Positions 28,900 through 45,761 are shown, counted from the stretch's first letter. The stretch is DNA of 64,000 bases from Vicinamibacteria bacterium (GCA_963763095.1 CAVXNR010000016.1:13308-77307), one strand, 5' to 3'. Made by a program: numbers and translations. Notes: generated by a model from the sequence alone, not told the origin.

Positions 28900-29403
28900 A
28901 TGCGCACGCTGTCGATTTACCTCGTGCGCCACGGCCTTGCTGCCGAACGCGGCGCCGCATGGCCCGACGACACCAAGCGCCCTCTGGTGCCGCGGGGCGT
29001 GGCCGGGCTGCGAAAGGAAGCGCAGGCGCTGCGCGCGCTCTCGATCACCTTCGACGCGATCCTCACCAGCCCGTTGACCCGCGCAAAGCAGACAGCCGAC
29101 ACGCTCGCGGCCGGCCTGTCGCCACACCCGCCGGTGCACCAAATCGAGTCACTGGCGCCCGGCGGCTCCTACGCGGCCTTTCTCGCAGACCTGACCAGGC
29201 ACGCGCGGCGATCCCACGTGGCATGCGTGGGCCATGAGCCGGACCTGGGGCAGCTCGCCGCCCGGCTGATCGGCGCCAAGGCGCCGGTGGAGTTCAAGAA
29301 GGGCGCGATCTGCCGCATCGACGTGGACGGGCTGCCCCTGAGCGGTCCGGGCCACCTCCGGTGGTTCGTCACGCCCCGCATGCTGCGGCGCCTGGCAGGC
29401 TGA
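28900..29403 (+). CDS. sixA: Phosphohistidine phosphatase SixA-like (histidine phosphatase superfamily)
   Basis: 167 aa with LVRHG (the RHG catalytic motif), LTSPLTRAKQTA and GHEPDL. Confidence 0.8.
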   Translation: MRTLSIYLVRHGLAAERGAAWPDDTKRPLVPRGVAGLRKEAQALRALSITFDAILTSPLTRAKQTADTLAAGLSPHPPVHQIESLAPGGSYAAFLADLTRHARRSHVACVGHEPDLGQLAARLIGAKAPVEFKKGAICRIDVDGLPLSGPGHLRWFVTPRMLRRLAG

Positions 29404-29410
29404 CGCGCAG

Positions 29411-30296
29411 GTGCGCGTCAGCGTCATCATCAACCCGATTGCCGGGCTCTTCCGTCGTCCCGACCAGGGGGCGCGGCGCGCAACGAAGGCCCGCGCGGTG
29501 CTCGCGGCTGCTGGCGTCGAGGCCGATGTGCGGCTCACCGAGGGCCCGGGGCATGCCCGCGTCCTCGCGGCCGATGCCGCGGCGCGGGGCACGGATCTCG
29601 TGTACGCGTGGGGCGGCGATGGCACGGTCAATGAGGTCGGCAGCGTGCTCGCGTTCAGCGATGTCGCCCTGGCGATCGTGCCGGCGGGATCCGGCAACGG
29701 GCTCGCCCGCGCCCTCGGCATTCCCCGCGAGCCCGGCGGGGCGTTGCGCCACGCGCTCCGCGTCCCCGAGCGGCGCATCGACGTGGGGGAGATTGCCGGG
29801 CACATCTTCTTCAACGTCGCAGGCGTGGGCTTCGATGCGCACATCGCCTCCGAGTTCAGCCGGGATCATCGGCCGGCGCGGCTTCCGCCGCTACGCCCGC
29901 ATCGTGACGCGCGAGTTGTTCTCCTACAGTCCCCGGCCTCGCCGCGTGGCGATCGAAGCCATCGTGACGGAGCATCAGGCGTTCATGCTCACGGTCGCGA
30001 ACGGCCCCCAGTGGGGGAACGGCGCGATCGTCGCCCCCGGCGCGCGGCTCGATGACGGGCTGCTGGACCTGGTCACGGTGGAAGCCCCGTCCCGATTGCA
30101 GCTGGTGGCGTCTGTCCCGCGGCTGTTCGCAGGCACGCTCGACCGCAGCCCCGCCGTGACCATACGAAAAGTCACGGAGGCCCGAATCTCGGGAGACGTG
30201 CCCCTGCTGTTCCACTTCGACGGCGAGCCGGTGTTGTCAGCGGATCCGGACCTGCTGGTGCGCGTGCATCCGAGCGCGCTCGTCGTGCGGGGGTGA
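29411..30296 (+). CDS. Diacylglycerol/lipid kinase (YegS/LCB5 family), apparent +1 frameshift near 29860-29872
   Basis: NPIAG..., WGGDGTVNEV and VPAGSGNGLAR are in track ORF 29411..30055. The C-terminal half is in the frame of ORF 29361..30296. The 886-nt span equals 295 codons plus 1 nt. Confidence 0.8.
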
Positions 30297-30300
30297 GGAA

Positions 30301-30390
30301 ATGAAATGAAAATGAAAAATGAAAAATGAAGAATGAAGAATGAGAACGAGGTCTGCTTTTACATTCTGCATTTTGCATTTTGCATTACGA
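30301..30390. repeat. AT-rich short-unit arrays: 7 x ATGAA(A/G)A-type units, 16-nt spacer, 4 x ATT(T/C)TGC-type units
   Basis: First array: atgaa atgaaa atgaaaa atgaaaa atgaaga atgaaga atgagaa. Spacer: cgaggtctgcttttac. Second array: attctgc attttgc attttgc attacga. It lies between convergent genes, starting 4 nt after one stop and ending 2 nt before the other. Confidence 0.85.
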
Positions 30391-30392
30391 GA

Positions 30393-31658
30393 TCAGACTA
30401 CCGTTCCATCCGCAACTACGCCCTCCTTCGGAACGATGATGATCCCGTTGCGGATGTAGTACCCCTCACCGTCCGCCTCCTGCACGCCGGCCTCGTTCAC
30501 CAGGCGGACGCCGTTGCCGATGCGGGCGTTCTTGTCGACGATCACGCGATCGAGCACGACGTCGCGGCCGAAGCCAATCGGGGGGCTGCCGTCGCGCGGC
30601 GCCATGTCTTCCGCCTCGTAGTAGTCGGCGCCCAGCAGCAGCGAGCGCGTGATGTGCGCGCCGGAGCCGATCACGTTGCGGAGTCCGACGATGGACTGTT
30701 CGATCGTGGCGCGCTCGATGTAGCAGCCTTCGGAGACGAGCGCCTCCCGCAGCGAGCAGCCGTCCAGGCGCGATGCCGGCAGGAACCGCGGGCGCGTGTA
30801 GATCGGGCGTCGCGAGTCGTAGAACTCGAACGGGGGGTCGAACCGGGTCAGGGCGATGTTCGCATCGTAGTAGGCCTCGACCGTCCCCACATCTGCCCAG
30901 AACTCACGATGCAGGTGCGCCTTCACCTTGAATCGCGGCAGCGCCGCAGGGATGATCTCGCGGCCGAAATCGATGCCCGGCTCTTCGAGGACGTCCAGCA
31001 GCACCTGACGCGAGAACACGTAGATGCCCATCGAGGCGACGTACGGCTTGTCGGCGTTGTGCGTCGTGAACACCGCACCAGTCGGCACGCTGGGCCCAAT
31101 CTGCTCGAGGCGCTCGTCGTTCGGCTTCTCCTCGAAGGCGACGATCTGCCCGGAGCGATCGAAGTGGAAGATGCCCATCTGAGTGGCATCCTGTCGATCG
31201 ACGGGCTGCGCCGCGATCGTGATGTCGGCATCCCGATCGATGTGCGCGTCGATCATCTGGCTGTAGTCCATCCGATAGAGATGATCCCCGGCCAGGATCA
31301 GGTAGTAGTCCGCGTCGTGGTGCTCGAAGTGCCGCCGCGCCTGGCGCACCGCATCGGCCGTCCCCTGGAACCAGTTCGAGCTCTCCGGCGTCTGCTCGGC
31401 TGCGAGGATCTCGACGAACCCGCGTGAGAAGACGTCCATCCGGTAGCTCATGCCGATGTGCCGGTTGAGCGATGCCGAGTTGAACTGCGTCAGGATGAAG
31501 ATGCGCCTGACGTCCGAGTGGAGGCACGAACTGATCGGGATGTCGATCAGGCGGTACTTGCCGGCAATCGGCACCGCAGGCTTCGACCGCATATCCGTGA
31601 GCGGGAAGAGGCGCTGCCCACGGCCGCCTCCGAGGATGATGGCGAGCACGTCGTTCAT
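30393..31658 (-). CDS. glgC: Glucose-1-phosphate adenylyltransferase
   Basis: 421 aa with [34 protein letters not shown] and a C-terminal left-handed beta-helix region. Confidence 0.9.
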   Translation of the reverse strand: MNDVLAIILGGGRGQRLFPLTDMRSKPAVPIAGKYRLIDIPISSCLHSDVRRIFILTQFNSASLNRHIGMSYRMDVFSRGFVEILAAEQTPESSNWFQGTADAVRQARRHFEHHDADYYLILAGDHLYRMDYSQMIDAHIDRDADITIAAQPVDRQDATQMGIFHFDRSGQIVAFEEKPNDERLEQIGPSVPTGAVFTTHNADKPYVASMGIYVFSRQVLLDVLEEPGIDFGREIIPAALPRFKVKAHLHREFWADVGTVEAYYDANIALTRFDPPFEFYDSRRPIYTRPRFLPASRLDGCSLREALVSEGCYIERATIEQSIVGLRNVIGSGAHITRSLLLGADYYEAEDMAPRDGSPPIGFGRDVVLDRVIVDKNARIGNGVRLVNEAGVQEADGEGYYIRNGIIIVPKEGVVADGTVV

Positions 31659-31796
31659 GCCGACAGCCTATGCAAGACCGCCGGTGATGGCAACCGCGGA
31701 CCGCACCACGCAGCACCTGGGACTCACCAGTGAGCCGGGACCACGATGTGGCGCCGGACTTCAGTCCCGGCGGACAGCAAGCCCCGGCGAACGCAC

Positions 31797-33539
31797 CTAT
31801 CCCGCCGCTGAATGCAGCGTGCCGTCCTGCGCGGCCGGGCCGTGCACGCCCGGCATCGGCACGGCGCCGCCAGCGGCCGTCTCCAGCCGGCTTGCGGGCA
31901 GGTGCACGATGAAGGTCGAGCCCTCCCCCGGGCCCGCGCTCGCGGCCGCGATGGTCCCCCCGTGCAGCTCGACGATGTGCTTGGCAATCGACAGCCCGAT
32001 ACCGAGCCCCCACGCCCCGCGTGTCGCTGAGGAATCGGCCTGGCGAAAGCGATCGAACACGTATGGGAGAAAGTCGGACGAAATCCCCTGGCCGTTGTCG
32101 CTGACGCGTATCTGCACCGACGTGCTGGTGCGGGTCACGGCGACCTCGACGCGACCCTGATCCGGCGTGAACTTGATCGCGTTGTGCACCAGGTTCCAGA
32201 TCACCTGTTGAAGCCGCCGGCCATCCGCGGTCATATGCGGCACGGCCGGATCGATCGCCGCAATCAGCCGGATCCCCTTCGCGTCGGCTGTTGGCTGCAA
32301 GGCCAGCAGCGCGCTCTCGACGGTGGATTTGACATCGACGAGGGCCACATCGAGGCGCGCGGTCCCGGACGTCAGCTTGTTCATCTCGAGGAGGTCCTCA
32401 ATCAGCTTGGCCTGCATCTGTGCGTTGCGCTGGATCACCGTGATGGCCTTCGCGGGATCGCGCACGCCCTCGCCGCGTGAAAGGATGCTCAGCCAGCCGA
32501 GGATCGCGTTGATCGGTGTTCGCAGCTCGTGGCTCAAGGTCGCGAGGAATTCGTCCTTGAAGCGGCTCTGGCGCTCGGCTTCGTCGCGCGCCTCACGTTC
32601 GCAGATGAGCAGCCGCTCGCCCTCCTGTTCCGCGTGCCGCTGGGCGCTCACGTCGCGGCTCACGCCGACGATCTTCTCCACCGTGCCATCCGGGCGCCGC
32701 AGCACCTGCCCGCGCTCGGTCACCCACACCACCGCCCCGGAAGGCCGCACGACGCGGTACTCGCACTCGTAGAGCCCCTTGGCGAGCGCCGACGACTCTG
32801 CCGCGTCCACACGCGCCTTGTCCTCGGGATGCACCGCGCGCGTCATGCGCAGCTCCGGCCCGAACGCCCCGGCCGGGAACCCGAACAGGGCCTCAGGGTC
32901 CGTGGACCACGTCATCCGCCCCGCGTCCACGTCCCACTCCCATGCGGCCATCTGCGCAACGTCCATCGCGAGCCGCAGGCGCTCCTCGTTCTCGCGCACG
33001 CCCCGATGCGCCACGGTCAGTGCCGCGGTGCGCTCGGCTACACGCAGCTCGAGCTCCTGGTTCGCCTGTGCGAGCGCCTGCTGGGCCCGATGCCGCTCGA
33101 CGACCTCGCTCTGCAGGGCAGCGTTGATGGCCGCGAGTTGTCGCGTCTTCCGGAACAGCTCGACGAACACCGCCACCTTCGACCGCAGGATGTCCGCGTT
33201 GAGCGGCTTGCTCAGGTAATCCACGGCGCCGACGCCGTATCCGCGCAGCACGTCCGCATCGTCGACGAGGTGCGCGGTGAGGAACAGGATCGGCACGTCG
33301 CGCGTACGCCGGCGCTGCTTGACCAGGTGCGCCAGCTCGATCCCGTTCATCCCCGGCATGCGAATGTCGAGGATGATGGCCGCGAAGTCGTGCTGCAGCA
33401 TGGCGATGAGCGCCTCATCGCCCGACTGCGCGCGCACGAACGAGCAGCCGCTCGACTCGAGCATGACCTCCAGCGCGTCCAGGTTGCGCGCATCATCATC
33501 GACGATGAGGATCCTGGCGTCTTCGATCTCCGTGGGCAT
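31797..33539 (-). CDS. Hybrid sensor: N-terminal receiver, PAS, HisKA, HATPase
   Basis: ATG at 33539 (MPTEIEDARILIVDDD...), with 33560 as an alternative. Track ORF 31797..33635. H-box ATLSHELRTPINAI. The ATPase N and G boxes are present. Confidence 0.85.
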   Translation of the reverse strand: MPTEIEDARILIVDDDARNLDALEVMLESSGCSFVRAQSGDEALIAMLQHDFAAIILDIRMPGMNGIELAHLVKQRRRTRDVPILFLTAHLVDDADVLRGYGVGAVDYLSKPLNADILRSKVAVFVELFRKTRQLAAINAALQSEVVERHRAQQALAQANQELELRVAERTAALTVAHRGVRENEERLRLAMDVAQMAAWEWDVDAGRMTWSTDPEALFGFPAGAFGPELRMTRAVHPEDKARVDAAESSALAKGLYECEYRVVRPSGAVVWVTERGQVLRRPDGTVEKIVGVSRDVSAQRHAEQEGERLLICEREARDEAERQSRFKDEFLATLSHELRTPINAILGWLSILSRGEGVRDPAKAITVIQRNAQMQAKLIEDLLEMNKLTSGTARLDVALVDVKSTVESALLALQPTADAKGIRLIAAIDPAVPHMTADGRRLQQVIWNLVHNAIKFTPDQGRVEVAVTRTSTSVQIRVSDNGQGISSDFLPYVFDRFRQADSSATRGAWGLGIGLSIAKHIVELHGGTIAAASAGPGEGSTFIVHLPASRLETAAGGAVPMPGVHGPAAQDGTLHSAAG

Positions 33540-33544
33540 GGGGC

Positions 33545-40387
<6,843 letters not shown>

Positions 40388-40709
40388 GGACACGCTCTCC
40401 GTTGTTCGCAAAGCAACAGCTGGTCGGCCGATCAAGGCTGGCTGGTCGAAGATGCGGCGCGGCGCACTCAGCGGTGCGCCCCGCCGGCGTCGCGATTCAC
40501 CTTTCGCAACGCTCCCCGGTGTCTGGAGTTGCTACACTTGCCGGGAGCCGTCTCCGTTCCGTGGTGAAGAGCAAGCAAGAATAACGCCCAGGCTCATCCA
40601 TTGGCCGCTAAGCCCTGCCTGACGAACGCTCTGGCAGGGTTTGCCGCTCGTCCCGGCTATTTTCCACCATCACCAACGTTGAAGGGGGGCAATTCGTCTT
40701 ACCACGAGG

Positions 40710-42950
40710 ATGCTGGATCCCTCGGTGCGCCGCGTCCTGAGCGTATGGCTCGCCTGTCTCTGTGTCGCTGCGTCCTCAGCCGCGCAGACGGGGGTGCCCC
40801 CGGCTTCGCCGGCTCCCGCAGCAAGAGTGTCAGCTCCGCGCCTCACGGCGCTGCGGCTCGCCACCCCGCCCACGATCGATGGTGTGCTCGACGACGCGGC
40901 GTGGGCGACGCCGGAAGTTCCTACGGATCAGTGGCGCTCCTACAATCCCCTGCACGGAGACAGCATCCCCCAGGCCACCCACGTGTGGATCGGCTACGAC
41001 GCGCGGTATCTGTTCTTTGCGTTCCAGTGCGACGACCCTGAACCGGGGCAGATCAAGACGTCGATCACGCGCCGCGACAACATCTTCAGCGACGACTGGG
41101 TCGGCCTGAGCCTCGACGCGCTCGGCACCGGGCAGGTGTCGTACCACATGATGGTCAACCCGAGCGGCATTCAACTGGACATGCTGAACAGCTCGTCCGG
41201 GGACGAGGACATTTCGCCCGACTGGGTGTGGGAGAGCGCCGGTCTCCGCAACGATCGCGGGTACGCCGTGGAGATCCGGCTGCCCCTCGAGAGCGTCCAG
41301 TTGAAGGGGGGCGACGCGGTTCGCATGGGCATTCTGTTCTGGCGGCGCGTCAGCCGCATCGGCGTATCGGTCGCGTGGCCGGCGCTGGAGCCCGGCACGT
41401 GGGTGTTCGACAAGCACGCCGATTTGATCTTCGACCATCTGGAGCCGCGTCTTGCACGCGAGGTGATTCCCTCGGCCACCTACGCGTGGAGCGAGGCGCG
41501 CAGCGACGGACCGGCGTGGAATGGGACGGGCAACCACGGGGACCTCGGGTTCAGCAGCCGCCTCGGCCTGACACCGACGATCACGCTGGACGCGACCGTG
41601 AACCCCGACTTCAGCCAGGTCGAGAGCGATGCCTTCCAGGTCGAGGTGAACCAGCGGTTCCCGAACTTCTTCTCGGAGAAGCGGCCGTTCTTCATGCAGG
41701 GGTCCGACATCTTCAAGCTGGCCGGCGTCGGCAACGGCGACGCGAGCATGTTCGCCGCGGTGCACACCCGGCGCATCATCGATCCCATCGTCGGCGCCAA
41801 GGTGACGGGCAGCGCGGGCCGGGTGAGCTTCGGGTCGCTTCTCGCATCCGACGAGGCACCCGGCCGTGAGGTGGCGCCGGGGGAACCTGGCGATGACGCG
41901 AACCGGCTGTTCAACGTCGGCCGAGCGCAGTACAGCCTCAGTCCCGGCAGCTTCGCAGGAGCGATCGCCACGCAGACACGCTTCGCCGGCGACGAGAACA
42001 GCGTGGTCGGCGCCGACGTATCGTGGCGGCCGCGTGCCAGCGACCGGGTGACCGCGTTCGTGCTGCAGTCATGGTCCGACCGGCAGGGTAATCGTGACGC
42101 CGGTGTGGCCATGCAGGCGAACTACTTCAGCAACTCCAAGCGCCTGACGGTCGGCGGGCAGATCGAGCACTACGATCGGGGGTTCGCCATGGACACGGCG
42201 TTCTATAACCGGGTGGGATTCACGAGCGGCTGGGGATACACCGAATACAGCTTCTATCCGGACAAGACACGATACCCGTGGCTGCGCCGCGTGTCGCCGT
42301 TCGTGTTCGTTTCCGGCGGGCGCGATCGCATCGAGCAGGGCGATGAACGGCTGGCCGTGTTTGGAGGCCGCTTCCGGTTCACGCGGCAGGGATTCTTCCG
42401 CGTGGATCGCATCCTCGGCCAGGAGCCGTGGGCCGGCCGCGAGTACGAGACCAACCGCTGGCGCGCGAACGGGGAAGTGCAGCTGCAACGCTGGATCAGC
42501 CTGGATGCCAGATGGGACGTCGGCGGCGCGATCTTCTACGATCGCGAGTCGCCGTTCGCGGGCCGCTCGCGCACGTTTTCCGCGGGCACCACGTTTCAGC
42601 CGACTGGCCGGTTCAGCGAGCAGGTCAACTACACGCGCGTCGCCTTCGATCGTGCGGACACAGGTGCGCGCGTGTACACCATCGACATCGTGAACACGCG
42701 GACGACGTACCAGTTCACGCCCCGACTGTTCGTCCGTGCAATCGCACAGTATGACAGCGACCAGCGCCGGGTCCTGACGGACCTGCTCGGCTCGTACGAG
42801 CTGCGCCCGGGCACGGTCGTGTACGCCGGCTACGGTGCGCTTTTCGAGCAGCGCGAGCTGCGCGATGGCGAGTGGATCGAGCGGCAGGGCCACTATGTCG
42901 GCACCGGGCGCGGATTCTTCTTCAAGGCTTCGTATCTGCATCGTTTTTGA
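40710..42950 (+). CDS. DUF5916 / CBM9-like domain outer-membrane protein
   Basis: 746 aa with a signal peptide. The N-terminal PPTIDGVLDDAAW...YLFFAFQCDD is CBM9/DOMON-like. A long beta-rich C-terminus ends in aromatic residues (SYLHRF). Family is from memory. Confidence 0.65.
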   Translation: MLDPSVRRVLSVWLACLCVAASSAAQTGVPPASPAPAARVSAPRLTALRLATPPTIDGVLDDAAWATPEVPTDQWRSYNPLHGDSIPQATHVWIGYDARYLFFAFQCDDPEPGQIKTSITRRDNIFSDDWVGLSLDALGTGQVSYHMMVNPSGIQLDMLNSSSGDEDISPDWVWESAGLRNDRGYAVEIRLPLESVQLKGGDAVRMGILFWRRVSRIGVSVAWPALEPGTWVFDKHADLIFDHLEPRLAREVIPSATYAWSEARSDGPAWNGTGNHGDLGFSSRLGLTPTITLDATVNPDFSQVESDAFQVEVNQRFPNFFSEKRPFFMQGSDIFKLAGVGNGDASMFAAVHTRRIIDPIVGAKVTGSAGRVSFGSLLASDEAPGREVAPGEPGDDANRLFNVGRAQYSLSPGSFAGAIATQTRFAGDENSVVGADVSWRPRASDRVTAFVLQSWSDRQGNRDAGVAMQANYFSNSKRLTVGGQIEHYDRGFAMDTAFYNRVGFTSGWGYTEYSFYPDKTRYPWLRRVSPFVFVSGGRDRIEQGDERLAVFGGRFRFTRQGFFRVDRILGQEPWAGREYETNRWRANGEVQLQRWISLDARWDVGGAIFYDRESPFAGRSRTFSAGTTFQPTGRFSEQVNYTRVAFDRADTGARVYTIDIVNTRTTYQFTPRLFVRAIAQYDSDQRRVLTDLLGSYELRPGTVVYAGYGALFEQRELRDGEWIERQGHYVGTGRGFFFKASYLHRF

Positions 42951-42967
42951 CCGAGTCTGCCGGAACC

Positions 42968-43045
42968 GTCATGTGGGGCAGGCCTTCAGGCCTGCTCGAG
43001 CGCATCGATTTGCAGGGCTGAAGCCCTGCCCCACATCAACGGTGC
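42968..43045. repeat. REP-like palindromic element, copy 1
   Basis: gtcatgtggggcaggccttcaggcctgctcgagcgcatcgatttgcagggctgaagccctgccccacatcaacggtgc. Confidence 0.9.
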
Positions 43046-43118
43046 GGTGACACCACAAGGGAGCACTGGGTTTCAAAAAGGTCCGGCTCCACATCGGGAC
43101 AGACGTCCGTGGAGACTG

Positions 43119-43217
43119 AACCCGCGATTCACTTGTGTAGTCATGTGGGGCAGGCCTTCAGGCCTGCTCGAGCGCATCGATTTGCAGGGCTGAAGCCCTG
43201 CCCCACATCAACGGTGC
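43119..43217. repeat. REP-like palindromic element, copy 2, with 22-nt left extension
   Basis: Its 75-nt tcatgtgggg...caacggtgc portion is identical to the corresponding part of copy 1, and it is preceded by aacccgcgattcacttgtgtag. Confidence 0.9.
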
Positions 43218-43250
43218 AGCGCGGGTGTCGTAAAATCGCGCCCTGACGGC

Positions 43251-44717
43251 ATGCACACGCGGATCGCGATTATTGGCAGCGGCTTCGCCGGGCTGGGTGC
43301 CGCAATCCGGCTGAAGCGCGACGGCATCAACGACTTCCTGGTCTTCGAACGCGCCTCCGATGTTGGCGGCACCTGGCGCGACAACACCTACCCGGGCTGC
43401 GCGTGCGATGTCGAATCGCAGCTGTACTCCCTGTCGTTCGCGCTCGAGCCCGGGTGGACTCGCCGGTTCTCACGCCAGCCCGAGATCTGGGCGTACCTGC
43501 AGCGTTGCGCGCGCGAGTTCGGCATCCTCCCGCATGTCCGCTTCAAGCACGAGTTGCAGGCAGCGCAGTGGAACGATCGGGCGACACGCTGGGACATCGA
43601 CACCACAGCCGGGTCGTTCACGGCCGACGTGCTTGTATTAGCGGGCGGTCCGCTGAGCGATCCGATCACGCCAGACCTGCCGGGGCTCTCGCAGTTCGAG
43701 GGGCGCGCGTTCCACTCCGCGCAATGGGACCACGGCGTCGATCTGCGCGGCCGGCACGTAGCCGTGATCGGCACCGGCGCCTCCGCCATCCAGTTCATTC
43801 CCGAGATCCAGAAGCGGGTCGCGACACTTCACCTGTTTCAGCGGACGCCCGCATGGGTGCTGCCCCGTCCTGACGGGCGCATACCCTCATCGCGCCAGCG
43901 GTTGTACCGCCGTTTTCCGATCCTGCAACGCGCCACCCGGCTGGCGATCTATCTGTTCCGCGAATCGTTCGTGGTGACGTTCGCACACCCGGCCCTGATG
44001 CGGCCTGCGCGCCGCCTGGCGCTCTGGAACATGGCCAGGAGCATCGCAGACCCGGCGCTCCGGGCCAGGCTGACGCCGGCCTACGCCATCGGTTGCAAGC
44101 GCATCCTCCTGTCAAGCGAGTACTACCCAGCAGTTGCACAATCGAACGTGGAGGTGGTGACCACAGGCATCCTGGAAATACGGCCGCACGCCATCGTCGA
44201 CGGCGAGGGCACAGAACGCGCGGTTGACACCATCATCTTCGCGACAGGGTTCCGCCCGACAGACCCGCCAATCGCGCGCGCGATCCGGGGCCGGACGGGT
44301 CTGTCACTCGCCGACGCCTGGCAAGGCAGCCCCAAGGCCCACCGTGGTTCAACGGTGTCGGGGTTCCCGAACCTGTTCATCCTGCTCGGCCCGAACACCG
44401 GCCTCGGCCACAACTCCGTCGTCTACATGACCGAGGCCCAGATCGATCACCTGCTCGGCGCCTTGCACTACATGCGGACGAGCGGGGTGGAGGTCCTCGA
44501 GCCCACGCCCGATGCGCAGGGGCGTTGGGTCGATGCCATCGATCGCCGCATGCGCGGCACCGTCTGGATGACCGGCGGGTGCGCGAGCTGGTACATCGAT
44601 CGCACCGGGCGCAATTCGACGCTGTGGCCGGGATCGAGCTGGAGCTTCTACCGGCGCGTGTCGCGTTTCAGGCCGGCCGACTACGTCTCGACTGCCGACA
44701 CGGCTGTGCCGGTCTGA
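43251..44717 (+). CDS. Flavin-dependent (Baeyer-Villiger-type) monooxygenase
   Basis: IIGSGFAGLG (FAD), GGTWRDNTYPG, FEGRAFHSAQWD (BVMO-type fingerprint) and VIGTGASAIQ (NADP). Confidence 0.85.
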   Translation: MHTRIAIIGSGFAGLGAAIRLKRDGINDFLVFERASDVGGTWRDNTYPGCACDVESQLYSLSFALEPGWTRRFSRQPEIWAYLQRCAREFGILPHVRFKHELQAAQWNDRATRWDIDTTAGSFTADVLVLAGGPLSDPITPDLPGLSQFEGRAFHSAQWDHGVDLRGRHVAVIGTGASAIQFIPEIQKRVATLHLFQRTPAWVLPRPDGRIPSSRQRLYRRFPILQRATRLAIYLFRESFVVTFAHPALMRPARRLALWNMARSIADPALRARLTPAYAIGCKRILLSSEYYPAVAQSNVEVVTTGILEIRPHAIVDGEGTERAVDTIIFATGFRPTDPPIARAIRGRTGLSLADAWQGSPKAHRGSTVSGFPNLFILLGPNTGLGHNSVVYMTEAQIDHLLGALHYMRTSGVEVLEPTPDAQGRWVDAIDRRMRGTVWMTGGCASWYIDRTGRNSTLWPGSSWSFYRRVSRFRPADYVSTADTAVPV

Positions 44718-44816
44718 GCCGCCGCGGTCGCGATGTTGCTCGAGCCTGTCGTTCCCCACGTACCTCAGGATCCTGTCCGTTCGGGTGATCCGCGGCGCGC
44801 ACAGGGCGCGTAGCCT

Positions 44817-45758
44817 GTGGTCATGTCACACACACATGAAGACACCGTGAGCACCGATTCATCGCCCGTCTGGTCCGCGCTGTCGCGGGAGCTATCAGAT
44901 GCCGCTGACCGCGTCACCCGTTCGATCGTTCAAGTGCACGGCCGTTCGCGTCCCGCCAGCGGCATCGTGTGGGCGAGGGATCGCGTGCTCAGCACGAGCC
45001 ATTCAGTGGAGTGGGAGGATGGTGTACGCGTGCGGCGTCACGACGGGACCATCCTGCCGGCCACGATTGCGGGCCACGACCCGGTGGCGGATCTCGTGGT
45101 GCTGCGGGTTGAGAATCTCGATTCGCCGCCGCTGCCGCATGCCGGGGCGGCTGCGCGTCCCGGCGACCTGGCGCTCATCACCGGACGTGCGTGGAACGGG
45201 CGGTCGCATGCGCGGCTGGTGGTGCTGACCGGCGTGGCGGGGTCACTGCAGTCGGCGCACGGACCGAAGCTCGATCGCGTCATCACCCTGCCCCTTTCGC
45301 CGTACGCGGGGTTCTCGGGCAGTGCGTTGGCCGGCCCTCATGGAACCCTCCTTGGCGTCGCGACCGCCGGCCTGGTGCGAGGCCGTGCCCTCGCTCTCCC
45401 CGTGGACGTGGTGCGGCCGATCGTCGAAGCAATCGAGAAGCACGGCGGCATCAGGCGGGGGTACCTCGGCGTGGTGACCCAGCCCGTGCGCCTGCCAGCT
45501 CGCCAGCGCGGGGATCTGCCGGACGGGCGAGGGCTCCTCGTGCTCGATGTGTCGGCCGACAGCCCGGCCGACGCAGCGGGCGTGCTCGTCGGCGACATCA
45601 TCGTTGGCGCCGCGGATGCGGCCCTCTCGACGCCGGACGACCTGCTGGCCCTGCTCGGTCCCGAGTGCATCGGCCAGCCGTTGTCTCTCGATCTGCTGCG
45701 AGGCGCCTCGCGCGAATCCCGCCCCGTCGTTGTCGGGGAGCGCATCACGCGCAGGTAG
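44817..45758 (+). CDS. Trypsin-like (S1C) serine protease with C-terminal PDZ, divergent
   Basis: 313 aa with His (STSHSV), Asp (ADLVVLRV) and Ser (GFSGSAL) in S1 order, and a PDZ-like GVLVGDIIVGA. The start is either GTG 44817 or ATG 44823. Confidence 0.7.
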   Translation: MVMSHTHEDTVSTDSSPVWSALSRELSDAADRVTRSIVQVHGRSRPASGIVWARDRVLSTSHSVEWEDGVRVRRHDGTILPATIAGHDPVADLVVLRVENLDSPPLPHAGAAARPGDLALITGRAWNGRSHARLVVLTGVAGSLQSAHGPKLDRVITLPLSPYAGFSGSALAGPHGTLLGVATAGLVRGRALALPVDVVRPIVEAIEKHGGIRRGYLGVVTQPVRLPARQRGDLPDGRGLLVLDVSADSPADAAGVLVGDIIVGAADAALSTPDDLLALLGPECIGQPLSLDLLRGASRESRPVVVGERITRR

Positions 45759-45761
45759 CCG

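Noticed and set aside
30333-31427. 364-aa plus-strand ORF starting in the ATGAA repeat island
   Set aside because: Its start codon is one of the repeated ATGs of the intergenic array. The body is antisense to glgC, which has unambiguous ADP-glucose pyrophosphorylase motifs.
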